A stretch of DNA of 64,000 nt from Acidobacteriota bacterium (lineage in GTDB: Bacteria; Acidobacteriota; UBA6911; RPQK01; JAJDTT01), in the NCBI GenBank assembly GCA_965263035.1, contig OZ253580.1:1120001-1184000 (forward strand). The letters run 5' to 3'. Positions 1 to 9,467 of this stretch are shown piece by piece (the stretch's first letter is position 1; each line of letters begins with the position of its first letter). A program made the translations under genes and the position numbers. The notes beneath the pieces are model-generated. The model saw only the letters and a program-made list of their open reading frames with translations, was not told where the DNA came from and did not search any database.

Positions 1-999
1 GGTCTTCCAGAAGAACGCCGCGTCCTCGAGACGGGCTCTCAAAACCCTCTCGTGTCCCCTTCGGATTCGGCCGTCCGAGTCTCCGTCGGTATTGACCACG
101 GTCAGGAAGTGGGGCCGGAGCTTCCCTCCGGCATCGGTCACCGAGAAGTACTTCTGGTGGTGCCGCATGACCGTGACCAGCACCTCCCGGGGGATATTCA
201 GAAAGGTCTCGTCGAAGTCTCCGCACAGAACGGTCGGGTATTCGTTGAGCTGAACGACCGTCTCCAGAAGACGTTCGTCCACCACGGGAGACAGTCCGGG
301 GGGAACCTTATCCGCGAGCTCTCCGGAAATCTTGCTGCGCCGTTCGTCCACACTGGCCAGAACGTAGTTCCGGCGCATCTGATCAGGGTACTCGCCTGCG
401 TGAGCCAAACGGATCTCGTCCTGCCCCAGGAACCGGTGGCCACGGGTGACACGTCCCGAATCGATTCCTTCGAATCGAAATGAGACGATCTCTGAATCCC
501 AGAGCGCTGTGCACCAGCGAAGGGGCCGAATGAATCGAAACCGGCTCTCCCGCCAGTACATGCTGCGCGGCCAAGGGAGGCCGGCCACAAGCTGGGGCGT
601 CTTTTCCTGGAGTATTTCCGGGAGGGACCGCCCCGGAATCCGCTTTCGGAATCCCAGGTATTCACCCTTTGGAGTCTCTACCCTCTCCAGCAGTTCCACG
701 TTCAGACCCTGGCTGCGAGCGAATCCGAAAGCAGCCCTCCCTGGACCCCCGTCGGGTCCCAGGGCAACGCGGACCGGAGGGCCGAGGACAAGCTCCTCCC
801 TCCCCGGCTGGCGCTCCGGCAGCCCGTCGGCCAGCAGGGCCAGTCTCCTGGGAGTCCCGTAGGAACGAACCGAGTCGGGAGACACCCCTTCCTGTTCCAG
901 CAACTCCGTCAGATTTCGGCCAAGCTCGGCCAGCGCCGGAGAGATGACGTCGGCGGGCATCTCCTCCAAGCCCAACTCAAGCAGAAAGCTGTGACCCAT
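1..999 (-). CDS. glyS: Glycine--tRNA ligase beta subunit (5' part; runs off window)
   Basis: Manual translation from ATG at 999 gives [20 protein letters not shown]..., the typical GlyS N-terminus; overlaps the end of glyQ. Confidence 0.93.
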   Translation of the reverse strand, partial: MGHSFLLELGLEEMPADVISPALAELGRNLTELLEQEGVSPDSVRSYGTPRRLALLADGLPERQPGREELVLGPPVRVALGPDGGPGRAAFGFARSQGLNVELLERVETPKGEYLGFRKRIPGRSLPEILQEKTPQLVAGLPWPRSMYWRESRFRFIRPLRWCTALWDSEIVSFRFEGIDSGRVTRGHRFLGQDEIRLAHAGEYPDQMRRNYVLASVDERRSKISGELADKVPPGLSPVVDERLLETVVQLNEYPTVLCGDFDETFLNIPREVLVTVMRHHQKYFSVTDAGGKLRPHFLTVVNTDGDSDGRIRRGHERVLRARLEDAAFFWKT

Positions 1000-1882
1000 G
1001 ATATTCCAGGTAGAGCCGCGCAGTCGCCACCGCCAGGGCGCGCACCCGGGCAATCAGGGCGACACGCTCGGTGACGCTGATTGCGCCCCGGCTATCCAGC
1101 AGGTTGAAGGCGTGGGAGCACTTCAGACAGTAGTCGTACGCAGGGAGAACGCATCTGGCCTCGTGGCAACGGCGGCATTCCTCCTCGTAGAGACGAAACA
1201 GGTTGAAGAGCAGATCCGTGTCGGCTACCTCGAAGCTGTAGCGGGAGAACTCGACTTCCTCCAGCCGCCGGATCTGTCCATAGGTCTTCTCGTGGTTCCA
1301 TCTGAGACGATAGACGCTGTCCTTGCCCGAGATAAAGGCTGCGATCCTTTCCAGCCCATAGGTCAGCTCCACCGAGACAGGCATCAGTTCAATACCGCCG
1401 GCCTGCTGAAAATAGGTGAACTGCGTGATCTCGAGCCCATCCAGGAGCACTTGCCAGCCCACCCCCCAGGCGCCCAGGGTGGGACTCTCCCAATTGTCCT
1501 CTTCGAAACGGATGTCATGACACTCCAATTCCACGCCTATGCTCGCAAGGCTCTTGAGGTAAAGGTCCTGAATGTCGTCCGGCGACGGCTTGAGAATGAC
1601 CTGCAGCTGGTGGTGGCGATAGAGACGATTCGGATTCTGGCCGTACCGCCCGTCCGCCGGTCGCCGGCTGGGCTGGACGTAGACGACCCTATAGGGTTCA
1701 GGACCCAGAACCCGCAGGAAGGTTTCGGGGTGCATGGTCCCGGCGCCGACCTCGGTGTCGTAGGGGTGTTGCGCCACGCAACCCGAGTCCATCCAGAACT
1801 CGAGCAGACAGTGCACGATGTCCTGAAACGTCTGCGGGGCTTCCGCAACTTCCTTGGGTGCTGCACAGACCGATTCGTTCAT
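977..1882 (-). CDS. glyQ: Glycine--tRNA ligase alpha subunit
   Basis: [40 protein letters not shown] motifs. Confidence 0.98.
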   Translation of the reverse strand: MNESVCAAPKEVAEAPQTFQDIVHCLLEFWMDSGCVAQHPYDTEVGAGTMHPETFLRVLGPEPYRVVYVQPSRRPADGRYGQNPNRLYRHHQLQVILKPSPDDIQDLYLKSLASIGVELECHDIRFEEDNWESPTLGAWGVGWQVLLDGLEITQFTYFQQAGGIELMPVSVELTYGLERIAAFISGKDSVYRLRWNHEKTYGQIRRLEEVEFSRYSFEVADTDLLFNLFRLYEEECRRCHEARCVLPAYDYCLKCSHAFNLLDSRGAISVTERVALIARVRALAVATARLYLEYHGSQLSA

Positions 1883-1891
1883 CGCCGGGTT

Positions 1892-2533
1892 TCAGAGGAG
1901 TTCCTTCAGTAGTTTCCGAGTCTTCAGCGGTTTTTCGAGGTGGTATTCTATCAACTTCTCCGAAAAGCGCGCTAGCGTTTTGTCCTCCTCATGGGTCAGG
2001 CAATCCGCCTTCAGCGAGGCCGGCGGCATCCGCATCAAGGCCCTCGCCCGGGTCGCAACGGGATGTGGCAGTTCGCTGTCAAGGTCGGGGAGAACGCCTT
2101 CCAATCTGAGAGTCCATAGTTCCAGATAACGAGACAGCAGGGAGGTGGGGACCGAGTCCACCGCCGAAAGCACGGCCAGGGCCAGGCGGAAGAAACGCTC
2201 GCTTTCCTCCTGCTCCCTGCTGAATTCCTGCAGAAGCTCGGTGAAGTAGCTCAGATACAGCGTGGACTCCCACGACGGGGCCCCCTGCGATAAGACCCGT
2301 AACACGTCGCAACTCTGAATCACCGCCAACTCCTGGTGTTCCTTGCGCCGAAAGCTCAACTTCACGTAGTTCAGGGGCTCCAGGCTGCCCCCGAATTTGC
2401 CTCCTGACTTTCTGGCGCCGTGGGCGATGCCCCGCAATTTTCCGAAACTCCGGGTGAAGAAGACGGCAATCTTGTGCGATTCGGCGTAGGGGTAGGTTCT
2501 GAGAGTGAGCGCCTCGGATTGATGGCGGCTCAT
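1892..2533 (-). CDS. recO: DNA repair protein RecO
   Basis: N-terminal OB fold (YAESHKI..FT...GKLRGIAHGARKS..KFGGSLEP); recO-glyQS synteny. Confidence 0.93.
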   Translation of the reverse strand: MSRHQSEALTLRTYPYAESHKIAVFFTRSFGKLRGIAHGARKSGGKFGGSLEPLNYVKLSFRRKEHQELAVIQSCDVLRVLSQGAPSWESTLYLSYFTELLQEFSREQEESERFFRLALAVLSAVDSVPTSLLSRYLELWTLRLEGVLPDLDSELPHPVATRARALMRMPPASLKADCLTHEEDKTLARFSEKLIEYHLEKPLKTRKLLKELL

Positions 2534-3897
2534 GAGGGGGTGACAACGGTGAGAAAATAGGTTGCCAATCCCAGAAAAGAAAGAAAACCCACCATGTCCG
2601 TGAATGTGGTCAGAATGATGCTCGAGGCGACGGCGGGATCGACGTTGAGCTTGATCAGAAACAGGGGAACCAGGGTTCCGATGATTCCGGCCACCAGAAT
2701 GTTGATGATGAGCGCTCCGCCCAAGACGAATCCCAACTCAAGGCTGCCCTTCCAGGCGAAGGCCACGGCCCCGCACAGCAATCCCAAGACGACTCCGTTG
2801 GTGAGGGCTACCGTCAGTTCCTTGCGCAACGCCGCTCGACTGCTCTTCCAGGTCGCCTCTCCCAGGGCGAGTCCCCGGACGATCACGGTCAAGGTCTGGG
2901 TCCCCGAGTTCCCCCCCATCCCGGCCACTACCGGCAGAAAGACGGCCAGATACGAGAATCGGGCGATGGTGGGTTCGAAGAAGGCCACGATGGTGGCTGC
3001 CATCAGAGCCGTCACCAGATTGATGAGCAGCCACGGCAGCCGCTTCCTCACCGATTTCCGAGGCGGCGTGTAGATCCGGTCGTCACTCTCGACGCCGGCC
3101 ATGTAGAAGATGTCTTCGGTCGCCTCTTCCTTGATGACATCGATCACGTCATCCACGGTGATCACGCCCACGAGCTTGTTCTCCTCGTCCACCACCGGGA
3201 TGGCCAGGAGGTCGTAGAGGGCCACCTGCCGTGCAACTTCCTCCTGGTCCGTGTCGGTCCGCACCGAGAGGATGTCGGTGGTCATGATCTTTCTCAGGAA
3301 GGTGCTGGGCGGAACCATGAGCAGTTCCCGCAAGGAGACGATCCCTACCAGATGGGACCTTTCGTCCACCACATAGACATAGAACGACATCTCCAGGTCT
3401 TCAGTGGTCTGAATGGAGTGGATGGCCTCTCCCACCGTCACTACCTCCCGAAAGGCCAGCACGTTGGGGGTCATGATCCGCCCTGCGGTTTCCGCCTCAT
3501 GCTCCAGCAGCCCCTGGACCTCGGCCGATTCCTCGGTGGCCATCAGATCCAGAATCGCCCCGGCCCGTTCTTCGGGTAGGGCCGAGATGAATTGGGCGGC
3601 GTCGTCGCTCTCCAGCTCCTGCAGGACGCCGGCTGCCTCTTCGGCGGAAAATTGGGCCAGGAGAGCGATGGCCGGATCGAGCCCCATCCCGGTGAGAGTC
3701 TGTCCCGCCAGATCCTTGTCCTGTTTAATGAGCAGAGCGAAGACCCGCCGCTGCTGCAGCTCACCCAGCTCCAGCATGATGTGAGAGATGTCGCCGGGGC
3801 GCAGCTTGGACAGAAGGTTGGTGACGTGCTCGAACGCACTCCGCCTCAGGAGGCGGCGGACGGATTGTGCCAGCAGATGAATCTTATGCGTCTGCAT
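2530..3897 (-). CDS. mgtE: Magnesium transporter MgtE
   Basis: MgtE N domain, two CBS domains, RLPWL, GMGGNSGTQ, DPAVAS..ILTTFTD motifs. Confidence 0.97.
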   Translation of the reverse strand: MQTHKIHLLAQSVRRLLRRSAFEHVTNLLSKLRPGDISHIMLELGELQQRRVFALLIKQDKDLAGQTLTGMGLDPAIALLAQFSAEEAAGVLQELESDDAAQFISALPEERAGAILDLMATEESAEVQGLLEHEAETAGRIMTPNVLAFREVVTVGEAIHSIQTTEDLEMSFYVYVVDERSHLVGIVSLRELLMVPPSTFLRKIMTTDILSVRTDTDQEEVARQVALYDLLAIPVVDEENKLVGVITVDDVIDVIKEEATEDIFYMAGVESDDRIYTPPRKSVRKRLPWLLINLVTALMAATIVAFFEPTIARFSYLAVFLPVVAGMGGNSGTQTLTVIVRGLALGEATWKSSRAALRKELTVALTNGVVLGLLCGAVAFAWKGSLELGFVLGGALIINILVAGIIGTLVPLFLIKLNVDPAVASSIILTTFTDMVGFLSFLGLATYFLTVVTPS

Positions 3898-4175
3898 ACC
3901 CTCACCCCCGGCAAAAACGGCTCAGATCAGTCTCGCCGCGGCGGACGGCCCGACAGCCTGAGACAGGACAGGTTCGTTCGGCGCCATCCTAACCCAGATT
4001 TCTCGTCGGGTCGCCGCGTGAACACGAAAAAGATCATATAACCAGGCATTTGCTCGTATTCGTCCTGGATCGAAGCCTCCCGGGCCCAGACCGTGCCGGG
4101 AGCGCCCGAGTGAGAAATGCGGGCCGATCGCCACCGAAAACTTCCTGTTTCTGAAACGGAGCAGTGAGTGAGCCC

Positions 4176-4973
4176 TCAGTCCGGACGAACTTCCTGTTCC
4201 CCCAGCGAGGCCGGCTCCTTGAGCCGATAACGCACATACCGGTAACCCTTCAGAACAACACCGCTGAGAAGGTAACCAGAAGCCATGGCCATCAAAGACT
4301 GTCGGGAATAGAAGAACACGGCGGCCACCATCAAGGCCAGGATCACAACCAGAAGATGAGACTTTCTGCCTCCCAGATTGAGCCGCTTGAACGACGGATA
4401 TCGGACCGTACTGACCATGAGACAGGCCACCGCATAGTTCATGCCGACCAGCGAGACCTTGAAGAAGACCGTATCCGGAGGGGTCTCGAAGTAGTGGATG
4501 ATCGCCGCTACGAAGGCCGCCGCCGCCGGGATGGGCAGACCGGCGAAATATTTCATCTCCTTCAACTCGACGTTGTACCGGGCCAGACGCACTGTTCCGC
4601 AGATGAAGAAGAAGAAGGCCGAAAAACGGGCGAAATTGCCCAGGTCGGCCAGCCCCCAGGAATAAATGAGCACCGCCGGAGCGATCCCGAAACTGACCAC
4701 GTCGGCCAGGGAGTCCAACTGGACGCCGAAATCGCTGGTGGCATTGGCGAGTCGTGCCACACGACCGTCCAGTCCGTCCAGGATCACGGCGATCCCGATG
4801 GCGACCGCCGCCGCCTGGAAGTTCTCGTTGAGTATGGATACGAGGGCGAAGAAGCCCGCGAACATGTTCCCCACGGTGAAGAGCGAAGGCAGGATGAAGA
4901 CGCTACGGCGAAATCGCCGCCTGGGGGGCCCGGAAGCCGGGAATTGGCGTTGGTTACGTCTTAACTTGCTCAC
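4176..4973 (-). CDS. pssA: CDP-diacylglycerol--serine O-phosphatidyltransferase
   Basis: DGLDGRVAR...FGVQLDSLADVVSFG CDP-alcohol phosphotransferase motif; GTG start overlaps the psd stop. Confidence 0.95.
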   Translation of the reverse strand: MSKLRRNQRQFPASGPPRRRFRRSVFILPSLFTVGNMFAGFFALVSILNENFQAAAVAIGIAVILDGLDGRVARLANATSDFGVQLDSLADVVSFGIAPAVLIYSWGLADLGNFARFSAFFFFICGTVRLARYNVELKEMKYFAGLPIPAAAAFVAAIIHYFETPPDTVFFKVSLVGMNYAVACLMVSTVRYPSFKRLNLGGRKSHLLVVILALMVAAVFFYSRQSLMAMASGYLLSGVVLKGYRYVRYRLKEPASLGEQEVRPD

Positions 4974-5575
4974 GGCCCGGGGTTCCAATACGCCAGGACG
5001 GTGCTGCCGCCGTAGACTCGATCGCCTTCGCTGACAACCATGTCACAACTCCGTGGGAGGAACATATCGACCCGGCTGCCGAATCGGATCAGGCCTATTC
5101 TATCACCCCTGCCGACCACGTCTCCCTCATTCTTCCAGACCCGGATTCGGCGCGCCAGGATCCCGGCCACCAACGCGAAGGTCAGGGGCCGGTCCCCGGA
5201 AATGGTGAGAATGACCCGTTCGTTCTCCACCGAAGCCCGATCGTCCCAGGCGAGATGAAACCGCCCGGAGCGGTGTTCCTTCCGGACCAGGATACCCTCC
5301 ACGGGTGAACGATTGACGTGCACGTTCCATATCGAAAGGAAAATGCTGACCTCGGTGCCCTCCTCAAACGGTTTCACACGAACGATTTTTCCGTCCGCCG
5401 GGCTGACCACGGCGGCGGGATCATCAGGAATGGAACGGTTCGGATCGCGGAAAAAGTAGGCGACGAAAGCCGCTAGAACCAACGTCACCACGCCCAGGGC
5501 CACTACCTGGAGCCAAGTCAGGACCAAGGTCAATGCGACTAGTGGAAGAAAGAAGTAGTATCCGTCTCGGGCCAT
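4970..5575 (-). CDS. psd: Phosphatidylserine decarboxylase proenzyme
   Basis: FFRDP, SPADGK, NVHVNRSP, RFGSRVD autocleavage motif; likely start MARDGY at 5575 (the upstream ORF extension runs through a MITE). Confidence 0.95.
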   Translation of the reverse strand: MARDGYYFFLPLVALTLVLTWLQVVALGVVTLVLAAFVAYFFRDPNRSIPDDPAAVVSPADGKIVRVKPFEEGTEVSIFLSIWNVHVNRSPVEGILVRKEHRSGRFHLAWDDRASVENERVILTISGDRPLTFALVAGILARRIRVWKNEGDVVGRGDRIGLIRFGSRVDMFLPRSCDMVVSEGDRVYGGSTVLAYWNPGP

Positions 5576-5674
5576 AGGCGCATGCTCCGGACTCCGGCCG
5601 GGAGTCGACTCCAGATCGGGGTCCCCGGCACGACACGGGGCTCTTGCCAGGAAGGCATTCCCAGCCTGGACTGG

Positions 5675-5833
5675 GAGCCTACGCGGCAGAAATTGATCTA
5701 CTGCGAAAGCGGTAGAATCGGTCCATATTTCCCCGATTTCTCGGCGAATAGAACAACTATGCACCTCCAAATCGAGAAAATCTAGCCTCGATTCCCCGCT
5801 TTCTCGCTACGATCATTCCTACCGCGCAGACTC
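5675..5833 (+). mobile_element. MITE family A, copy 1 (159 bp)
   Basis: Near-identical to 18981-19139, 38521-38679 and 49484-49642; termini GAGCCTACGC...GCGCAGACTC; flanks CTGG/CTAG. Confidence 0.9.
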
Positions 5834-5885
5834 CTAGGAGGCTGTCCGAGAATGGAGCCGTCACCGACGCTTGTCTGTTTAAATA

Positions 5886-6050
5886 GGCCCGTCCGGGTCG
5901 CTCATGAGCGACCCGGACGGCGGTGGCTGGACCGTACCGACGCGGACTGTTAGGAACCGTTTGGGAGTGAGGTCGGCCACCGTCTTTCCCGATGTCCTGA
6001 ATGGATACAAGGGCATCAAGGCCCGAATGACAAGCACAGGAGACAGGAAA
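5886..6050 (+). ncRNA. IS110 bridge RNA (5' hairpin, target-binding loop, donor-binding loop)
   Basis: 32-bp perfect palindrome 5889-5920; stem CGGTGGCTGGACC/GGTCGGCCACCG enclosing ACCGACGC (5936-5943) and GGGAG (5963-5967); second stem enclosing ATGGATAC (6001-6008) and GACAAG (6029-6034); all four guides match the junction sequences. Confidence 0.88.
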
Positions 6051-6051
6051 G

Positions 6052-6996
6052 ATGAAACAGCATACCGTAGGCATCGACATCTCGAAAGCGCACCTGGACG
6101 CGCACCGGCTGGCCGACGGCCATTCCGCCCAGTTCGACAATGACCCGGCCGGCTTCCGGGCGCTGATCGATTGGATCGGAACTCCGGTCGAGTGCGTCGC
6201 CTACGAGGCCACCGGCCCCTACCACCGGGACCTCGAGGAAGCGCTGTCCAAAGCGAAGCTACCGTTGGCCAAGGTGAACCCCTGGCAGGCCCGATGTTTC
6301 GCCCGGGCGACCGGGAGCCGTGCCAAGACCGACGCCGTAGACGCTCGGAAACTGGCCCAGATGGCCGCCAGCCTGGATCCGCGCCGGACCCCGGCCCCGT
6401 CCAAAACGCAACGCCGGCTCCAGGAACTGCAGTCGGCCCGGGACGCGCTGATCCGCCAGCGCACGGCCCTGCTCAACCGCCGCCAACAGCTCCGCGAACC
6501 CTTGCTCAAACAGCAGAACCAGACCCAGATCAACATGTTCGAGCGCCACCTGCGCGCCATCGACCGCAAAATGCAGCAGCTGATTGCGGCCGACGAGGCG
6601 CGGGCCCGCAAGTTGGAGATCCTCACCTCCATTCCCGGGATCGCGGCCACCACCGCCGGTCTGCTGGCCGAGATGCCCGAGCTGGGCGCCCTCAGCGGCA
6701 AGGCCGCCGCCAGTCTGGCCGGGCTGGCCGCCGTTCCCCGCGAGTCCGGGACTTGGCAGGGCCGGGCGTTCATCCGGGGCGGACGGGCGCGGGCGCGACG
6801 GCTCCTGTACATGCCGACGGTGGCCGCCCTGCGCTGGAACCCCGACTTGGCCGAGGTGTACCGGAGGCTGAGAGAGCGCGGCAAGCCCGGCAAGGTGGCC
6901 CTCGTCGCCGTCATGCGCAAGCTCATCGTCCTGGCCAACACCCTCGTCCGGCAGGACCGCACCTGGTTGCCCGTAGCGCCCCGAGCGACCTTCTGA
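6052..6996 (+). CDS. IS110 family transposase/recombinase
   Basis: RuvC-like DEDD (GIDISK, YEATG, KTDAVDA); C-terminal SIPGI, RESG (catalytic Ser), GK..KVALVAVMRKL. Confidence 0.96.
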   Translation: MKQHTVGIDISKAHLDAHRLADGHSAQFDNDPAGFRALIDWIGTPVECVAYEATGPYHRDLEEALSKAKLPLAKVNPWQARCFARATGSRAKTDAVDARKLAQMAASLDPRRTPAPSKTQRRLQELQSARDALIRQRTALLNRRQQLREPLLKQQNQTQINMFERHLRAIDRKMQQLIAADEARARKLEILTSIPGIAATTAGLLAEMPELGALSGKAAASLAGLAAVPRESGTWQGRAFIRGGRARARRLLYMPTVAALRWNPDLAEVYRRLRERGKPGKVALVAVMRKLIVLANTLVRQDRTWLPVAPRATF

Positions 6997-7384
6997 GGCC
7001 ACGGAGAGACCCCGTGAGGAAAGGGAGCGTGTGGACCCCCTGATGGCCGTCTGTCGAACTTCCGGTCAGGTCTGGCCGGAAGCTTGCTTACGGCCATGAA
7101 AGCTCTTCAGGGCGTATCCGGACCTCCCGGAGGACTGACGTCGACGATCTCAGGCCCCTCGATCCAGTTGATCCGTCCACTCATCGCCCCCTCCACGGCG
7201 CCCGCTGGATCCAGCTCGATCTCCGCCTCACCTCTGGCGGAAGAACGCTCCTCCTAACCCTGTGCCTCTTGGACCGGACAGATCACGTACTAACGACACG
7301 GGATGGAAACACCGATTAGCACCCACCACTTGCAACATGGATACTCCCTAAAATAAGGGGAACAGATCATCAGGAGAGTGTCGG

Positions 7385-8902
7385 ATGCCCCCTCGCTTCA
7401 AAGCCTACCCGAAAGATTACTACCAGAGTCAGCTGTTTCCAGCTAACGTATTCGACTTGTTGCCGGAGGATCACGAGTGTTTCCTCTACCGGGATCTGTT
7501 TCGGCAGCTGGACACGACGGAAGTGGAGGCCCGGTACAGCCACCGGGGTCAGCGGGCCTACGCGCCGCGCCAGATCGTTTCGATCCTGATCTACGCCTAC
7601 AGTCACGGCGTGTACAGCTCGCGACAGATCGAGCAGCGCTGCCGGGAAGATCTCGGCTTCATGTACCTGGCGGGGAGGAACTGCCCGAACTTCCGGGTGT
7701 TGAGCGATTTCCGGAAGGACCGCGGGGAGTTCTTCCGGTCCTGTTTCAAGCAGACGGTGGAGTTGGCGATGGGGCTGGGGCTGGGGCTGGTGAGTTTGGG
7801 ACACGTGAGCCTGGACGGGTCCAAGTTCAAGGCGAACAGCTCGAAGCACAAGGCGATGAGTTACGGACGACTGAAGGAGAAGGAGAAGGAGCAGGAGTTG
7901 TGCGAGGAGATCGAGGCCTTGACCCGACAGGCCGATCGCTGCGACGAGCAAGAGGATCGAGCCTACGCGGAGCGGACCGGGTATGAGTTGCCGGAGGAAC
8001 TGCGCGACAAGCAGCAGCGGTTGCAGAAGATCCGGGAGACGAAACAGTCGCTGGAAGCGCGGGAGGCAAAGCTTCGACCGGGTCGGGAGATCGAGGACAA
8101 GAAGCAGCTCAGCTTTGCGGACCCCGAGGCGCGGATCATGAAGCAAAAAGGGGGGTTCGAGTACGCGTACAACGCGCAGATCAGCGTGGAGGAGACATCG
8201 CAGGTGATCGTGGGTCAGCACGTGAGCCAGCAGGCGAACGATTCCCAGGAGGTGGCTCGGGCGCTGGATGAGATGGAGGAGACGAGCGGTCGGTTGCCGG
8301 AGAAGCTGAGCCTGGACAACGGCTACTATTCGGGAAAGAACCTGCAGGAGGTGTCCGATCGTCAGGTGGAAGCGTACCTGGCGACGGACCGGGGCGAGCG
8401 GCGGGGGAAGGGAGAGCTGGAGGAGAGTGAGCGTCGGCTGGTGAAAGCGGACTTTCGTTACGACGGGGAGCGGGACGGGTTTCATTGTCCCGGCGGCCAA
8501 CTGCTGAGGTTGAAGACCCCCCGCGGCACGGGACAGCGGGTGTATCAGGGGGACATCGAGGAGTGCCGATCCTGTGCCTACTATCGTCGGTGCTGCCGGT
8601 CGAAGTCAGGGGCGGCGCGCACGATCACGAGCGACGGGAAGGAGCCGTTGCGACGGGCGATGAACGAGCGGATGTCGAAACCGGAGAGCCGAGCGCTCTA
8701 CGCGCGTCGCAAGACGATCGTCGAGCCGGTATTCGGGCAGATCAAGAACTCGGGATTTCGGGGATTCGGGCTGCGGGGCAAGGAGAAAGTGGCCGGGGAG
8801 TTCTCCTTGGTCTGCGTGGCGCACAATCTCAAAAAGATCATGCTTGCGGCTCTGCGGGGAGAGGTGTGTCCGGAGTTCGGGAAGCGAGCGGCCTGGGCGT
8901 AA
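7385..8902 (+). CDS. IS1182 family transposase
   Basis: DUF772-like N-terminus (YSSRQIEQ..REDLGFMYL), LDGSKFKAN, YNAQI, LDNGYYS, RKTIVEPVFGQIK. Confidence 0.95.
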   Translation: MPPRFKAYPKDYYQSQLFPANVFDLLPEDHECFLYRDLFRQLDTTEVEARYSHRGQRAYAPRQIVSILIYAYSHGVYSSRQIEQRCREDLGFMYLAGRNCPNFRVLSDFRKDRGEFFRSCFKQTVELAMGLGLGLVSLGHVSLDGSKFKANSSKHKAMSYGRLKEKEKEQELCEEIEALTRQADRCDEQEDRAYAERTGYELPEELRDKQQRLQKIRETKQSLEAREAKLRPGREIEDKKQLSFADPEARIMKQKGGFEYAYNAQISVEETSQVIVGQHVSQQANDSQEVARALDEMEETSGRLPEKLSLDNGYYSGKNLQEVSDRQVEAYLATDRGERRGKGELEESERRLVKADFRYDGERDGFHCPGGQLLRLKTPRGTGQRVYQGDIEECRSCAYYRRCCRSKSGAARTITSDGKEPLRRAMNERMSKPESRALYARRKTIVEPVFGQIKNSGFRGFGLRGKEKVAGEFSLVCVAHNLKKIMLAALRGEVCPEFGKRAAWA

Positions 8903-9094
8903 AAAAGGGGCGGATAAGGGCGGATGAAGTCAAAAATCGGCCGCTGTAGCCTCTTTCCGAGTCGGAATTAGAGCAGCCCATCGATTCCTTCGGCTCCGGA
9001 GGCCAGGCTTCGAGGGTCTTCGGAGCCTTGGGCCATTGCCCCTGAGCATGGTTACGGGTGAAGGTCACTCAATGTCGAGTTCTCGGACAGCCTC

Positions 9095-9325
9095 CTAGCC
9101 AGTCTGGACCTCCATCTGGTGTCGATGGATGATGACCTGCATCTGGTCCTTCAAGGCCAGCTTCTTTTTTTTGATGACGCTCTCACGCATCTTCTCTTCC
9201 GGGTTCAGGTAGACCTTGCGAACGAGCTCCTCCAGTTGGCGTTCGTACCCCTGATGCTCCAAGGCGAGCCGCGAAAACTCCTTGTCCGTTTCCATCAGAT
9301 GATTCTTGAGAGCGGCTTCATCCAT
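9095..9325 (-). CDS. YdcH/DUF465 family small coiled-coil protein
   Basis: EF..L..EHQ.YE..L.......KKKKLALKDQM pattern; its TAG stop lies in the CTAG target site of IS1182. Confidence 0.85.
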   Translation of the reverse strand: MDEAALKNHLMETDKEFSRLALEHQGYERQLEELVRKVYLNPEEKMRESVIKKKKLALKDQMQVIIHRHQMEVQTG

Positions 9326-9467
9326 CGCGCGCTTCCTCCCGGTTCTTGGACCACGGCACGTAATGCCTCGTGCCGACGCATGAATTTAGCAAACGGGCCC
9401 TCGACCTTCAAGGAGCGGACCGGGAACGGAAAAGTCGATTCGACGATAGCAATGGGCTCGCTTGATC

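Larger units (their letters stand above)
5870..7345 (+). mobile_element. IS110-family (bridge recombinase) element
   Basis: CT cores at 5870-5871 and 7344-7345; left end 5872-6051, recombinase 6052-6996, right end 6997-7343; boundaries fixed by bridge-RNA guide matches. Confidence 0.9.
5838..9094 (+). mobile_element. IS1182-family insertion sequence with a nested IS110
   Basis: Perfect 15-bp TIRs GAGGCTGTCCGAGAA (5838-5852) / TTCTCGGACAGCCTC (9080-9094); CTAG on both sides (5834-5837, 9095-9098); transposase at 7385-8902. Confidence 0.92.

Noticed and set aside
5693-5718. Sigma70 promoter inside MITE-A (TTGATC...TAGAAT)
   Set aside because: Spacer is only 14 nt
5576-5770. Recurring ORF starts MEVHSCSIRREI.../MIYCESGRIGPY... 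(also near 19076, 38661, 49547)
   Set aside because: Translations of MITE-A copies, not real genes
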